Assembly (NCBI RefSeq): GCF_058153355.1
Contig: NZ_CM177019.1
DNA: 64,000 nucleotides
Reading direction: 5' to 3' (one strand)
The notes beneath the pieces were generated by a model. The model was not told the DNA's origin. It did no database searches and saw nothing but the letters and a program-made list of their open reading frames with translations. Both the position numbers and the translations under genes were made by a program. How positions within the stretch are numbered: the stretch's first letter is position 1; the number at the start of each line of letters is the position of its first letter. Positions 18,695 to 31,963 of this stretch are shown here, in pieces.

Positions 18695-19984
18695 ATGAAA
18701 GTATTAGTGATTGGTAATGGCGGGCGCGAGCACGCGTTGGCCTGGAAAGCGGCCCAGTCGCCGCTGGTTGAGACTGTTTTTGTTGCTCCGGGTAACGCAG
18801 GCACTGCACTGGAACCCGCGCTGCAAAACGTCGCTATCGGCGTGACCGATATCCCGGCACTGCTAGATTTCGCGCAAAATGAAAAGGTAGATTTAACCAT
18901 CGTCGGCCCGGAAGCGCCGCTGGTGAAAGGCGTGGTCGATACCTTCCGAGCCGCCGGGCTGAAAATCTTCGGACCAACCGCAGGCGCCGCACAACTGGAA
19001 GGCTCGAAAGCGTTTACCAAGGATTTCCTGGCCCGCCATAAGATCCCTACGGCGGAATACCAGAACTTCACCGAGGTAGAACCTGCACTGGCGTATCTGC
19101 GTGAGAAAGGCGCGCCAATCGTCATTAAAGCTGACGGTCTGGCTGCCGGGAAAGGCGTGATCGTGGCGATGACGCTGGAAGAAGCTGAAGCCGCCGTGCA
19201 CGACATGCTGGCGGGCAACGCTTTTGGCGACGCGGGTCATCGTATTGTTATCGAAGAGTTCCTCGACGGCGAAGAAGCGAGTTTTATCGTGATGGTGGAC
19301 GGTGAGCATGTGCTGCCAATGGCCACCAGCCAGGATCACAAACGCGTAGGCGATAAAGATACCGGGCCGAACACGGGCGGTATGGGCGCTTACTCCCCTG
19401 CGCCAGTGGTGACCGATGAAGTTCATCTGCGCACGATGGAACGTATCATCTGGCCAACCGTGAAAGGTATGGCGGCGGAAGGCAACACCTACACCGGTTT
19501 TCTCTATGCGGGCCTGATGATCGACAAACAGGGTAATCCGAAGGTTATCGAATTTAACTGCCGCTTTGGCGATCCGGAAACCCAGCCGATTATGCTGCGC
19601 ATGAAGTCCGATCTGGTTGAACTCTGCCTGGCGGCCTGTGAAGGCAAGCTGGACGAGAAAACCTCCGAGTGGGATGAACGCGCTTCTCTTGGCGTGGTGA
19701 TGGCTGCGGGTGGATATCCGGGCGATTACCGCACCGGCGATGTGATCCACGGCCTGCCGCTGGAAGAAGTGGAAGGCGGTAAGGTGTTCCACGCGGGCAC
19801 TAAACTGGCGGATGACGAGCTGGTGGTAACCAGCGGCGGGCGCGTACTGTGCGTCACCGCGCTGGGTCATACCGTGGCAGAAGCGCAGAAACGCGCTTAT
19901 GCCTTAATGACCAATATCCATTGGGACGATTGCTTCTGCCGGAAGGATATCGGCTGGCGCGCCATCGAACGCGAGCAGAACTAA
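18695..19984 (+). CDS. purD: phosphoribosylamine-glycine ligase PurD (429 aa)
   Basis: ORF 18683..19984; known N-terminus MKVLVIGNGGREHALAWK starts at 18695. Confidence 0.95.
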   Translation: MKVLVIGNGGREHALAWKAAQSPLVETVFVAPGNAGTALEPALQNVAIGVTDIPALLDFAQNEKVDLTIVGPEAPLVKGVVDTFRAAGLKIFGPTAGAAQLEGSKAFTKDFLARHKIPTAEYQNFTEVEPALAYLREKGAPIVIKADGLAAGKGVIVAMTLEEAEAAVHDMLAGNAFGDAGHRIVIEEFLDGEEASFIVMVDGEHVLPMATSQDHKRVGDKDTGPNTGGMGAYSPAPVVTDEVHLRTMERIIWPTVKGMAAEGNTYTGFLYAGLMIDKQGNPKVIEFNCRFGDPETQPIMLRMKSDLVELCLAACEGKLDEKTSEWDERASLGVVMAAGGYPGDYRTGDVIHGLPLEEVEGGKVFHAGTKLADDELVVTSGGRVLCVTALGHTVAEAQKRAYALMTNIHWDDCFCRKDIGWRAIEREQN

Positions 19985-21306
19985 CGCGACAGTTTTGCCA
20001 ATAGCGTTTTGCGCGTAATCCCTAACTGACGGGCGGCTTCGGTTTTGTTGCCGCCCGTTTTCTCCAGCGCCGCCAGAATCACTTCTTTTTCGACTTCCAC
20101 CAGCGGCTGAATATCCTGACTTTGCACCAGCGGGATCGGCGTACTGGCAATCGCCAGCGGCAGCTCGCGTTCGGAAATATATTCCCCGGTCAGCAGCACC
20201 ACCGCCCGTTCCACCGCGTTTTCCAGTTCACGAATATTTCCCGGCCAGTCGTAGTGAATCAGCAGATCCATCGCCTGGGGCGTAAACCCTTTTACCGCCT
20301 TGCGATTGCGTTCGGCAAAGCGCTGCAGAAAATGGTTAGCCAGCAGAGGAATATCTTCCCGCCGTTGCCGTAGCGAAGGTACTTCAATCGCCACCACATT
20401 CAGGCGATAGTAGAGATCCTGACGAAAACGCCCGGCCTTTACCTCAGCGGCAAGATCGCGATGAGTCGCCGCAATCAGCCGGACATCAACCGAGATAGTC
20501 TGATTGCTACCGACACGCTGGACTTCGCGCTCCTGAATCGCACGCAGTAGACGAACCTGCATCATCGGTGAGATATCGCCAATTTCATCGAGAAACAGCG
20601 TGCCGCCGTCTGCCTCCACAAAGCGCCCTTCCCGCCGTTTGTCGGCTCCGGTAAACGCCCCTTTTTCGTGACCGAACAATTCAGATTCCAGCAAGGATTC
20701 GTTGAGTGCCGCACAGTTGAGCGTCACCAGCGGCTTTTCACTCCGTGCGCTACTGGCGTGAATCGCCCTGGCGACCAGCTCTTTACCGGTGCCGGAATCG
20801 CCGTGGATCAGCACCGTGGCTTCCGATGGCGCGACGAGGGCAATTTCACTGAGCAGGTGCTGCATCGCCGGGCTTTTACCGACCATACCGAACTGGCTGG
20901 CAGACACCGCAGGCGTTTCAGCATCAACACTGTGCGTATGCGCAAGCGCCTTTTCCAGGGTTGCCTGCAGGTTATCGAAATCCAGCGGCTTGATGAGATA
21001 ATCCAGTGCCCCGGTTTTCAACGCCTCTACCGCCGTCTCGACGCTGGAGTACGCGGTCATAATCAGTACCGGAATTGCCGGATTTAACGCTTTGATCTCT
21101 TTCAGCGTGGCGATGCCATCCATCTCTGCCATTCGCACATCACAAAGCACAAGATCAAAAACCTGTTCCCGCACTTGCTCCAGCGCCTGTCGCCCGCTGT
21201 TCGCCAGCGCGACGTTATAGCCCCAGCCGCGCAGCAATGCCTGCAAGATAGTGCAGTGGCTAATGTCATCATCCACCACCAGAATATCGATATTATCGTG
21301 CGTCAT
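19981..21306 (-). CDS. zraR: sigma54-dependent response regulator ZraR/HydG (441 aa)
   Basis: ORF 19981..21306 minus; receiver domain plus AAA+ sigma54 activator motifs ([14 protein letters not shown]) plus C-terminal HTH. Confidence 0.95.
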   Translation of the reverse strand: MTHDNIDILVVDDDISHCTILQALLRGWGYNVALANSGRQALEQVREQVFDLVLCDVRMAEMDGIATLKEIKALNPAIPVLIMTAYSSVETAVEALKTGALDYLIKPLDFDNLQATLEKALAHTHSVDAETPAVSASQFGMVGKSPAMQHLLSEIALVAPSEATVLIHGDSGTGKELVARAIHASSARSEKPLVTLNCAALNESLLESELFGHEKGAFTGADKRREGRFVEADGGTLFLDEIGDISPMMQVRLLRAIQEREVQRVGSNQTISVDVRLIAATHRDLAAEVKAGRFRQDLYYRLNVVAIEVPSLRQRREDIPLLANHFLQRFAERNRKAVKGFTPQAMDLLIHYDWPGNIRELENAVERAVVLLTGEYISERELPLAIASTPIPLVQSQDIQPLVEVEKEVILAALEKTGGNKTEAARQLGITRKTLLAKLSR

Positions 21307-22679
21307 CCTTGTGGGTCCTTACGCGTAATATTGACCGGAAGCCAGAGGGTGAACGTTGCACCTTTCCCCTCCTGGCTTACGACCTGAATTGTACCACCGT
21401 GTTGTTCAACAATATTATGCACAACCGCCAGCCCCAGTCCGGTGCCTTCGGCTTTGGTGGTGAAGTACGGGGTGAAGATAGCTTCAAGCTGATCCGCCGC
21501 AATTCCCTTACCGCTGTCGGTTACGCTTATTTTAACGCCTGCGCTGCTTTCGTTGGCCGTCACGCTAATCACGCCATGCTGACCAATCGCCTGAATAGCA
21601 TTGAGATAGAGATTCAACAGGACCTGAGTCAGTCGGTCCGGATCGGCCTGTATCTCCGGCAATGCGTCGTTGGCGGTAAAGCGTAATTGGATCTCCCTAC
21701 TGTTTGCATCCTGGCTTACCAGTTGTAATGAGTGGTTAATCAGCGTGTTGAGATCCACCGCCTGCAAAGCCAGATGCGTTGGCTTAACCAGCTCCAGCAG
21801 CTCGCTTACCACGCGGTTTAAACGGTCGGCTTCTTTCGCCATCACCTGCGCCAATTGATGTGCTTCTCCTCCTGCTGGTGCACGTTCGGCAAAATATTTC
21901 GCCAGCCCTTTAATCGAGGAAAGAGGGTTACGGATTTCATGGGCGACGCCTGCGGCCAGATGTCCCAGCGCCACCAGCTTCTCTTTGCGCTTCATTTCAT
22001 CCTGTAACAGCTGGCGCGAGCGAAGATAGCGGCGATACCAGAAGAATGACAACACGCTTGCCAGCAAGACCGTCGCCAGGGCGAAGAGGATAATCAGGGT
22101 GTTTCTCTGCTCACGCTCTTCGGCACTCACAATGTTACTGGCGTCGAAAGCGATAAAAATTGCTTGTGGTGTCGTGGCATACTGCTGCATATGGCGCATC
22201 CGGTGCATTCCAGCAGCAAACATCGGTTGAAACTGGCGATAAATTTCCAGAACAGGCTCGCCGTCTGCGCTATCGATCCGCCGCCACGCTTCTTCGTCTC
22301 CCGGATGTAACTGCTGCATTTCCTGCGGGGAATAAAGCTGTTTTCCCACCATGCCGGAGTTGCTATGCATCACGATTGTTCCTTGTTCATCCGTGACCGC
22401 AAACCAACGCACTCCTGGCTGCCCAGCCATTTCTTCCAGTAAAGCCTGCTGCTGCGCATGATGCATGCGCATCCCCATACCGACGCGCGAGCCGGATTCG
22501 AGAGCGCGGATAAGTACACTGCCTTTTTCCAGCAGAGTTTGTCTGGCGGCGGCAGTCTCGCGCCCATAATCGCGAATCACGGTCACCGCAAACAACCCCA
22601 CCAGTCCAACAATGACTACGGGAAGGATCGCGCTTAACCATTTTGCTAAGGCATCTTTTGATCGCTGCATAAAACGCAT
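21303..22679 (-). CDS. zraS: sensor histidine kinase ZraS/HydH (458 aa)
   Basis: ORF 21303..22679 minus; H-box HEIRNPLSSIKG and ATPase motifs; 4-bp overlap with zraR. Confidence 0.92.
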   Translation of the reverse strand: MRFMQRSKDALAKWLSAILPVVIVGLVGLFAVTVIRDYGRETAAARQTLLEKGSVLIRALESGSRVGMGMRMHHAQQQALLEEMAGQPGVRWFAVTDEQGTIVMHSNSGMVGKQLYSPQEMQQLHPGDEEAWRRIDSADGEPVLEIYRQFQPMFAAGMHRMRHMQQYATTPQAIFIAFDASNIVSAEEREQRNTLIILFALATVLLASVLSFFWYRRYLRSRQLLQDEMKRKEKLVALGHLAAGVAHEIRNPLSSIKGLAKYFAERAPAGGEAHQLAQVMAKEADRLNRVVSELLELVKPTHLALQAVDLNTLINHSLQLVSQDANSREIQLRFTANDALPEIQADPDRLTQVLLNLYLNAIQAIGQHGVISVTANESSAGVKISVTDSGKGIAADQLEAIFTPYFTTKAEGTGLGLAVVHNIVEQHGGTIQVVSQEGKGATFTLWLPVNITRKDPQG

Positions 22680-22710
22680 CTTCTTCTTTGCCTGTTCATC
22701 CCTTTTTGAC

Positions 22711-22726
22711 AGCAGAAATCATGCCA
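22711..22726 (-). promoter_or_regulatory. putative sigma54 promoter for zraSR
   Basis: Minus-strand TGGCATgatttCTGCT approximates the -24/-12 consensus TGGCAC-N5-TTGCA. Confidence 0.4.
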
Positions 22727-22865
22727 TCTTTTATTAACACTTACCCTGCGCTTTAACACAAAGGCTTAAGTTTCAATGAGTAAAAATGACTCGCTACACA
22801 CAGCAGGCGAGTCATTTTTACTCGTTTATCATGTCATATTGCCCGTCATATCAGCGTTTCGCCGT

Positions 22866-22881
22866 TGGCACGAAAGATGCA
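22866..22881 (+). promoter_or_regulatory. sigma54 promoter for zraP
   Basis: TGGCACgaaagATGCA matches the -24/-12 consensus; 36 bp upstream of zraP ATG. Confidence 0.6.
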
Positions 22882-22916
22882 ATACCCGAAGTAAGACAAC
22901 CACTGGAGGATTAACC

Positions 22917-23336
22917 ATGAAACGGAACACGAAAATTGCCCTGGTGATGATGGCGCTTTCAGCAATGGCGATGGGATCGACATCTGCATTTGCTCACGGC
23001 GGACACGGTATGTGGCAGCAAAATGCCGCGCCTTTGACCAGCGAACAACAGACAGCGTGGCAGAAAATCCATAATGACTTTTACGCTCAAAGCAGCGCAC
23101 TGCAACAGCAACTGGTGACGAAGCGTTATGAATACAATGCCCTGTTAGCCGCGAACCCACCGGATAGCAGCAAAATTAACGCGGTCGCCAAAGAGATGGA
23201 GAATTTGCGTCAGTCGTTAGATGAGTTACGGGTGAAACGAGATATTGCGATGGCTGAAGCGGGTATTCCGCGCGGTACCGGAATGGGTTACGGCGGCTGC
23301 GGTGGTGGCGGTCATATGGGTATGGGCCACTGGTAA
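22917..23336 (+). CDS. zraP: zinc-resistance-associated periplasmic protein ZraP
   Basis: ORF 22776..23336; start assigned to ATG at 22917 (MKRNTKIALVMMALSAMAMG signal peptide) with ggagga RBS; Gly/His-rich C-terminus. Confidence 0.9.
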   Translation: MKRNTKIALVMMALSAMAMGSTSAFAHGGHGMWQQNAAPLTSEQQTAWQKIHNDFYAQSSALQQQLVTKRYEYNALLAANPPDSSKINAVAKEMENLRQSLDELRVKRDIAMAEAGIPRGTGMGYGGCGGGGHMGMGHW

Positions 23337-23337
23337 A

Positions 23338-24033
23338 TCAGAACGTTTTCTCGTTGGGTTGCCAGCGACAGAAATCAGAGTTTGCCACTAACAGTAATTG
23401 CGAACCTTCGGGCGCTTCCAGCCATGCCACGCTGACATCAACAGAAGAGCGGCTCTGGCGGCGCTCGATATGCGCTATCGCCTGCGAATCTAAATCAGGT
23501 TTAATGGTTTGCCCTTCGCAGGTGGTCACGGTCTGTTCCATCGCATGCCAGCGCCCCTGGCGCAGCACGACTCTCCCCTGACGTAAGGCATCGCTAATCT
23601 GGCGGATCTGATCAGCACGATAACGGTATAAATCGATTTGGTCGTTAGAAAGCTGCTGTTTTTCCCCGTCGGATTCACGTTGCATAAAGCTCAGATCGCC
23701 GCGATCGTCAAAACGCGCGCGAATATTCACCGGCGGTTTGCTGTAAACATTGATATTGATAAGCGTGAGGTTATCGCCCTGCCAGCGATACTCTCGCGTC
23801 GTGGTATCGCCACTGCGCCACGGGCTAAACACAGCAAGCAGATGCACATTATTGCCACTGTCTTTTCGCCAGATACGTACCGCGCCCTGATCTTCAGCAA
23901 ATCCACTGGCGGTAAAGGGAGGAAGTGAAGAGTTGTGACTACAGGCAGTGAGAAACAGAGCGCCCGCCAGCATCAATGATCGACGCCAGAAAGACAAAAG
24001 GGGTGAAACCACCCCTTCGTTAAAACTGTTCAC
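23338..24033 (-). CDS. yjaH: DUF1481 lipoprotein-like protein YjaH
   Basis: ORF 23338..24039 minus (GTG start); lipobox-like LTAC; start ambiguous between 24039 and 24033. Confidence 0.8.
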   Translation of the reverse strand: MNSFNEGVVSPLLSFWRRSLMLAGALFLTACSHNSSLPPFTASGFAEDQGAVRIWRKDSGNNVHLLAVFSPWRSGDTTTREYRWQGDNLTLININVYSKPPVNIRARFDDRGDLSFMQRESDGEKQQLSNDQIDLYRYRADQIRQISDALRQGRVVLRQGRWHAMEQTVTTCEGQTIKPDLDSQAIAHIERRQSRSSVDVSVAWLEAPEGSQLLLVANSDFCRWQPNEKTF

Positions 24034-24045
24034 TGCCACGCAATC

Positions 24046-24318
24046 TTACTTAACTGCGTCTTTCAGTGCCTTGCCAGAAACAAATGCCGGCACGTTAGCT
24101 GCGGCAATTTTGATTTCTTTACCGGTCTGCGGGTTGCGGCCAGTACGCTCAGCGCGGTGGTTCACTTTGAAGGTACCGAAACCAACCAGTTGTACAGCAT
24201 CGCCTTCTTTCAGAGACTCAGTAATTGCAGCCAGAGTGGACTCCAGAGCAGCTTTAGCCTGGGTTTTGGACAGTTCTGCTTTCTCTGCAATTACATCAAT
24301 CAGTTGAGTCTTGTTCAT
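24046..24318 (-). CDS. hupA: DNA-binding protein HU-alpha (90 aa)
   Basis: ORF 24046..24318 minus; product [26 protein letters not shown]... recognised as HU-alpha. Confidence 0.97.
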
Positions 24319-24504
24319 AAGTTATCCTTACAATGTGTTTATCGCTTGCTAAGCATCGAGTGCGACGGAAATGCCAGAATAGCACTCTCCTGCATACACG
24401 CACCGATAGCCACTTTTTTTCGCCCCCCAAATGTAGACCAGACGGGGGGCGAAAGGGAAGACTCCAGGTATGACAAATCAGGCGTTAAATCACGTTTTCT
24501 GGTC

Positions 24505-25095
24505 TTATTGCTGAAAAATTATACCAATATTGCTCTCGCCCGCCTCACGCAGGTCTGCCCTAAGGCCTTTTATCAGCTCGATATCGCGTTCTTCGCACTC
24601 AGCTAAAAGTCGGAATATTTCCCACTGAATGTCCCACTCTTGCTCTACAGCTGGGTTTTCTTTGAGCTCTTCATCGCTCATTTCACGGCCAGCCTGAGTC
24701 ATTTCCAGCATCGCCACGGTCGTGATGGAGGTCTTACTCACTTCTACCGCGTGTTCGAGCGTTTCGCCACTTAAACGCGAATGGACCAGTTCACTTAACG
24801 CCACGCAAGCATCGATTGCCGGATAAACGCCGTACAGTTCGAAATCGTCGGCTGAAGGAATCGCTTCTTCAAATTTCTCCAGTTGGCTGTCGAAATTTAC
24901 TTTTGCGTCTTTGACGGTCAGCGTTTCCCAGATGAGATCGAGAATACGGCGGTAAATTTGCCCATCACCAAAACCAGTTTGCTGACAGAATACGGCGTAA
25001 TTAGGGTACATGCGTTCGCATAAGCAGGCCATAAAAGTGACGTGCTGCCAGCTTTCCAGGCGCTCCAGACGCAGATGAATTGGGTTTTGTAACAT
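24505..25095 (-). CDS. yjaG: DUF416 protein YjaG (196 aa)
   Basis: ORF 24505..25095 minus; recognised by sequence and synteny. Confidence 0.88.
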   Translation of the reverse strand: MLQNPIHLRLERLESWQHVTFMACLCERMYPNYAVFCQQTGFGDGQIYRRILDLIWETLTVKDAKVNFDSQLEKFEEAIPSADDFELYGVYPAIDACVALSELVHSRLSGETLEHAVEVSKTSITTVAMLEMTQAGREMSDEELKENPAVEQEWDIQWEIFRLLAECEERDIELIKGLRADLREAGESNIGIIFQQ

Positions 25096-25137
25096 GTTGA
25101 GTTCTCAAATACGGAAATTATCCGCAGTTTACCTGAA

Positions 25138-25809
25138 TTAGGGCTGATTTGCTGTATAGCGCACGAACGCCGGACGTTCCGAGGCCACCGCGTCTGCCCA
25201 GCGCGTTGGCTCCGGCAGACGATAGCCTTTCATGCAGCGTTGTACCCAGGCCAGCGCACTATCCATGCTGACACGATGGCCAGTTGCGATAAATAGCGGG
25301 TTACAGCGCGCTTTACTGCGCCAGACCCAGGCCAGCTGCTCGCCTTTATCCATCAACGGTGCCAGCGCGCCCGGTTCGCTGGAGAGCGGCTCGAATTTAC
25401 CGCATAACCGCTTTTTCGCTACGCCAATGGTCGGTACGTCCACTAATAAGCCAAAATGGCTGGCAACGCCAAGACGGCGCGGATGCGAGATCCCATGACC
25501 ATCGACAAACACTAAATCCGGCTTTTGCGACAGCATCTCCCACGCTGCCAGCAGCGCAGGATATTCGCGGAAGGAAAGAAAACCTGGAATGTAAGGCATG
25601 GTGGTGGCGATGCGTGCCACTTTATACTCCACCAGCTCAAGAGAGGGGTATTTCAGCAGCACCATCGCCGCTCGCGTCACATCTCCGCCCTGCTCAAACC
25701 CGACATCGGCTCCGGCGATCAGATCCGGCGGATCTTTATCAAGTCGATCCTCACGGATCACAGAAGAAGCCAGTTCGATTTGTTGAGCGCGTAATGACGC
25801 GAGATCCAT
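25138..25809 (-). CDS. nfi: endonuclease V Nfi (223 aa)
   Basis: ORF 25138..25815 minus; known N-terminus [17 protein letters not shown] starts 2 codons inside the ORF. Confidence 0.93.
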   Translation of the reverse strand: MDLASLRAQQIELASSVIREDRLDKDPPDLIAGADVGFEQGGDVTRAAMVLLKYPSLELVEYKVARIATTMPYIPGFLSFREYPALLAAWEMLSQKPDLVFVDGHGISHPRRLGVASHFGLLVDVPTIGVAKKRLCGKFEPLSSEPGALAPLMDKGEQLAWVWRSKARCNPLFIATGHRVSMDSALAWVQRCMKGYRLPEPTRWADAVASERPAFVRYTANQP

Positions 25810-25818
25810 AATCACTCC

Positions 25819-26883
25819 TTAGCGGTGATATTGTTCAGACAACCGATGCACAGCCTCCACAAACACGCCAGCATGTTCTGGCGGCACATCCTGATGAATG
25901 CCGTGACCAAGGTTAAAGACATGACCTTCGCCGTGACCGAAACCTGCAAGTATAGTCGCGACTTCTTCTTCAATGCGGGCAGGTGGCGCGTACAGCATCG
26001 ACGGATCCATATTACCCTGCAGCGCGACTTTATTGCCCACGCGGCGGCGCGCATCAGCGATATCCGTTGTCCAGTCGAGGCCCAGCGCATCGCAACCCGT
26101 TTCCGCCATAGCTTCCAGCCACTGTCCACCGCCTTTGGTAAACAGGGTGACCGGTACACGGCGACCGTCGTTTTCACGCAGTAAACCATCAACTATTTTA
26201 TGCATGTAATAGAGCGAGAACTGTTGATAATCGCGCCCGGTGAGCACGCCGCCCCAGGTATCGAAGATCATCACGGCCTGAGCACCAGCTTTAATTTGCG
26301 CATTCAGATACAAAGTGACGCTTTTCGCCAGTTTATCGAGCAGAGCGTGCAGCGCCTGTGGATCGGCATACATCATCTTTTTGATCACGGTGAACGCTTT
26401 GCTGCTGCCACCTTCCACCATATAGGTCGCCAGCGTCCACGGGCTGCCGGAAAAACCAATCAGCGGCACTTCGCCTTTCAGTTCGCGGCGAATAGTACGC
26501 ACCGCGTTCATCACATAACCCAGCTCATCTTCCGGGTCCGGAATTGGCAGTTTATCAACGTCAGCTTTGCAGGTGACTGGCGAGGTAAAACGCGGACCTT
26601 CTCCGGCTTCAAAATAGAGCCCTAACCCCATCGCGTCCGGCACGGTGAGGATATCGGAAAAGAGGATCGCCGCATCCAGCGGATAGCGACGCAGCGGTTG
26701 CAAAGTCACTTCGCACGCCAGCTCTGCATTTTTGCACAGCGACATAAAATCGCCCGCCTGGGCGCGCGTGGCTTTATATTCCGGTAGATAGCGACCCGCC
26801 TGGCGCATCATCCATACTGGAGTGACATCAACGGGCTGGCGCAGCAGCGCCCGCAGATAACGATCGTTTTTGAGTTCGGTCAT
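25819..26883 (-). CDS. hemE: uroporphyrinogen decarboxylase HemE (354 aa)
   Basis: ORF 25819..26883 minus; product [36 protein letters not shown]... recognised as HemE. Confidence 0.95.
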   Translation of the reverse strand: MTELKNDRYLRALLRQPVDVTPVWMMRQAGRYLPEYKATRAQAGDFMSLCKNAELACEVTLQPLRRYPLDAAILFSDILTVPDAMGLGLYFEAGEGPRFTSPVTCKADVDKLPIPDPEDELGYVMNAVRTIRRELKGEVPLIGFSGSPWTLATYMVEGGSSKAFTVIKKMMYADPQALHALLDKLAKSVTLYLNAQIKAGAQAVMIFDTWGGVLTGRDYQQFSLYYMHKIVDGLLRENDGRRVPVTLFTKGGGQWLEAMAETGCDALGLDWTTDIADARRRVGNKVALQGNMDPSMLYAPPARIEEEVATILAGFGHGEGHVFNLGHGIHQDVPPEHAGVFVEAVHRLSEQYHR

Positions 26884-26922
26884 TTTGGCTGTTCCTTAGT
26901 GCGTCAGGCGGTCAGTGTATCA

Positions 26923-27696
26923 TCACTCATACTCTGCCCGACACATCGCCACCGTATCTTCTATCAGACGGCGCGCCACGGTGCCGGGCGGTGGAAGTAA
27001 CGGTAAATCATCGTAGCGATACCAGTTCGCCTCGAGCAGCTCTTTCGGATCAATCACGATGTCGCCGCTGTCATATTCCGCCATAAATGCGGTCATCAGC
27101 GACTGGGGAAACGGCCACGGCTGGGAAGTCACGTACCGCAAGTTTTTAACTTTAATTCCGCTCTCTTCCATCACTTCCCGCGCGACCGCCTGCTCGAGGG
27201 TTTCGCCCACTTCGACGAATCCGGCAAGTACCGTATGGACACCGTTACGATGGCGGGTATGCTGGGCGAGGAGGATCGAATCATCGCGACGGATGGCAAC
27301 AATAATGCAGGGGGCGATTTGCGGGTAGTAACGCTCACGGCAATGGCTGCACAGCATCGCCCATTCGGTTTTGCTCGGATACATTTCATGCCCGCAGTAA
27401 CCACAGTATTTATGCGATCGGTAAAACTCCGCCAGTTGCACGCCACGTCCGGCCAGTTGAAACAGCCCAACATCGAGATCAATGACCTGACGTACCGACC
27501 CCATATCGTGACGCCGCTGCTGTTGTACTAACCAAACAGGTTCCCCCTGCCATTCGCCGATTTGTAGTGCGCGCTGACCCACAAGATCGAAATTTGCCGC
27601 TTCGCCATATGGCAATTCTCCCTTCGGCAACCATAATTTTTGTTCATGGCTGACGACCCACCAGCCGTGATCTAATTTTTCAATTATACGATCCAT
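26923..27696 (-). CDS. nudC: NADH pyrophosphatase NudC (257 aa)
   Basis: ORF 26923..27696 minus; C4 zinc motif CGYCGH...CSHC and Nudix box. Confidence 0.95.
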
Positions 27697-27790
27697 AGCT
27701 CTTGCACTACCTTTGCATCACTGGCATGTTTAACATGGTTTTTACATTTTTCACTGAGCAGTTTTTGAATACAAACTTGCGGAGTCAATC

Positions 27791-28267
27791 ATGCTTAACC
27801 AGCTCGATAACCTGACGGAGCGCGTCAGAGGAAGTAACAAACTGGTTGATCGCTGGCTACATGTACGTAAGCATCTGCTCGTGGCTTACTACAATCTGGT
27901 TGGCATTAAGCCTGGCAAAGAATCGTACATGAGGCTAAACGAAAAAGCCCTTGATGATTTTTGTCAGAGCCTGGTCGATTACTTGTCTGCCGGACATTTC
28001 AGTATTTATGAGCGCATTCTTCATAAACTGGAAGGCAATGGGCAACTCGCACGCGCCGCGAAGATTTGGCCACAACTCGAAGCCAATACCCAACAGATTA
28101 TGGATTACTACGATTCCAGCCTGGAAACCGCTATCGATCATGATAATTACCTTGAGTTTCAACAGGTTTTATCTGACATCGGCGAGGCCCTGGAAGCGCG
28201 CTTTGTGCTGGAAGATAAGCTGATTCTGCTGGTGCTTGACGCCGCCCGCGTCAAACATCCTGCTTGA
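27791..28267 (+). CDS. rsd: regulator of sigma D (anti-sigma70) Rsd (158 aa)
   Basis: ORF 27791..28267; recognised as Rsd. Confidence 0.93.
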   Translation: MLNQLDNLTERVRGSNKLVDRWLHVRKHLLVAYYNLVGIKPGKESYMRLNEKALDDFCQSLVDYLSAGHFSIYERILHKLEGNGQLARAAKIWPQLEANTQQIMDYYDSSLETAIDHDNYLEFQQVLSDIGEALEARFVLEDKLILLVLDAARVKHPA

Positions 28268-28300
28268 GTTCTGCGCTGTTAACGCGTAATTTACATTCAA

Positions 28301-28326
28301 CGCCCCGTTTGCGGGGCTAATTTCTT
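28301..28326 (+). terminator. putative terminator downstream of rsd
   Basis: cgccccgtttgcggggc hairpin followed by T-rich taatttctt. Confidence 0.5.
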
Positions 28327-28420
28327 GTCGGAGTGCCTTAACTGGCTGAGACCGTTTATTCGGGATCCGCGGAACCTGATCAGGCTAATACCTGCGAAGG
28401 GAACAAGAGTTAATCTGCTA
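28325..28420 (+). promoter_or_regulatory. TPP (THI-box) riboswitch in thiC leader
   Basis: ggctgagaccgtttattcgggatccgcggaacctgatcaggctaatacctgcgaagggaac contains the conserved CUGAGA and ACCUGAUC...GGGAA THI-box elements. Confidence 0.8.
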
Positions 28421-28496
28421 TAGCATCGCCTTTGCGGCGATCGTCTCTTGCTTCATCCGTCGTCTGACAAGCCACGTCCTTAACTTTTTGGAATGA

Positions 28497-30394
<1,898 letters not shown>

Positions 30395-30395
<1 letters not shown>

Positions 30396-31030
30396 TGTAT
30401 CAGCCTGATTTTCCTCACGTACCTTTTCGTTTAGGACTGTACCCGGTAGTGGACAGCGTACAGTGGATCGAACGTCTGTTGGATGCAGGCGTGCGTACTC
30501 TCCAGCTGCGCATCAAAGATCGGCGCGATGAAGAAGTGGAAGCCGATGTCGTGGCAGCAATTGCGCTGGGCCGCCGCTATAACGCACGGCTGTTTATCAA
30601 CGATTACTGGCGGCTGGCGATTAAGCATCAGGCGTATGGCGTCCATCTGGGGCAGGAAGATTTGCAAGCCACCGATCTCAGCGCCATCCGCGCGGCAGGC
30701 CTGCGGCTGGGCGTTTCGACTCATGATGACATGGAAATCGACGTCGCGCTGGCAGCACGTCCTTCTTATATCGCGCTAGGACATGTGTTCCCGACCCAAA
30801 CCAAACAGATGCCTTCTGCCCCGCAGGGGCTGGAACAGCTGGCACGGCACATTGAGCGCCTGGCTGATTATCCCACCGTGGCGATTGGCGGTATCAGCCT
30901 GCCGCGCGCACCTGCGGTGATGGCGACAGGTGTTGGCAGTATCGCCGTCGTCAGTGCCATTACCCAGGCCGCAGACTGGCGTTTGGCAACGGAACAGTTG
31001 CTGGAAATTGCAGGAGTTGGCGATGAATGA
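30395..31030 (+). CDS. thiE: thiamine-phosphate synthase ThiE (211 aa)
   Basis: ORF 30392..31030 (GTG at 30392); ATG at 30395 gives [20 protein letters not shown]; overlaps thiC stop. Confidence 0.9.
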
Positions 31031-31778
31031 CCGTGATTTTATGCGTTATAGCCGTCAAATCCTGCTCGACGATATCGCTCTTGACGGGCAGCAAAAACTG
31101 CTCGACAGCCAGGTGCTGATTATCGGTCTGGGTGGGTTGGGTACACCTGCTGCACTATACCTGGCGGGAGCTGGTGTCGGGACGCTGGTACTGGCAGATG
31201 ACGACGATGTGCATTTGAGCAATCTGCAACGACAAATCCTCTTTACGACTGAAGATATCGATCGCCCGAAATCGCAGGTCAGCCAACAACGACTGACACA
31301 GTTGAATCCCGACATTCAACTGACAGCATTACAACAACGGTTAACGGGTAAGGCGTTAAAAGATGCGGTAGCACGGGCCGATGTGGTTCTCGACTGTACC
31401 GACAACATGGCGACTCGCCAGGAGATTAATGCCGCCTGCGTAGCACTTAACACACCGCTTATCACCGCCAGCGCGGTCGGATTTGGCGGTCAGTTGATGG
31501 TACTGACGCCGCCCTGGGAACAGGGGTGTTACCGCTGCCTGTGGCCGGATAACCAGGAGCCAGAACGCAACTGCCGCACGGCGGGCGTGGTTGGCCCGGT
31601 GGTCGGGGTCATGGGCACGTTACAGGCACTGGAAGCCATTAAGTTATTAAGCGGTATAGAGACGCCTGCGGGAGAACTCCGACTGTTCGACGGTAAGTCG
31701 AGCCAATGGCGCAACCTGGCGTTGCGCCGCGCGAGCGGTTGCCCGGTATGCGGAGGAAGCAATGCAGATCCTGTTTAA
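31023..31778 (+). CDS. thiF: ThiS adenylyltransferase ThiF (251 aa)
   Basis: ORF 30930..31778; known N-terminus [15 protein letters not shown] starts at 31023, overlapping thiE stop. Confidence 0.92.
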   Translation: MNDRDFMRYSRQILLDDIALDGQQKLLDSQVLIIGLGGLGTPAALYLAGAGVGTLVLADDDDVHLSNLQRQILFTTEDIDRPKSQVSQQRLTQLNPDIQLTALQQRLTGKALKDAVARADVVLDCTDNMATRQEINAACVALNTPLITASAVGFGGQLMVLTPPWEQGCYRCLWPDNQEPERNCRTAGVVGPVVGVMGTLQALEAIKLLSGIETPAGELRLFDGKSSQWRNLALRRASGCPVCGGSNADPV

Positions 31779-31962
31779 CGATCAACCGATGCAGTGCGTC
31801 GCCGAGCTAACTGTTCACGATCTGCTCGTGCAACTCAATCAACAACAAGCGGGCGCGGCGCTGGCGATTAACCAGCAAATCATCCCGCGAGAGCAGTGGG
31901 CGCAACATATCGTGCAGGATGGCGACCAGATCCTGCTTTTTCAGGTTATTGCAGGGGGTTGA
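31762..31962 (+). CDS. thiS: sulfur-carrier protein ThiS (66 aa)
   Basis: ORF 31762..31962; C-terminal GG; overlaps thiF 3' end. Confidence 0.93.
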
Positions 31963-31963
31963 G

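Noticed and set aside
22776-22916. In-frame N-terminal extensions in the ORF track (zraP from 22776, coaA from 48311, thiF from 30930, thiG from 31919, btuB to 61442, murI to 59620, aceB to 9077)
   Set aside because: The known mature N-termini, RBS positions and upstream regulatory elements (sigma54 promoter, riboswitch, operon overlaps) place the real starts downstream; the track also treats GTG/TTG as starts.
24420-24451. GC-rich hairpin cgccccccaaatgtagaccagacggggggcg between hupA and yjaG as a possible terminator
   Set aside because: The T-run is on the wrong side for termination of either strand's transcript; left unassigned within the hupA promoter region.
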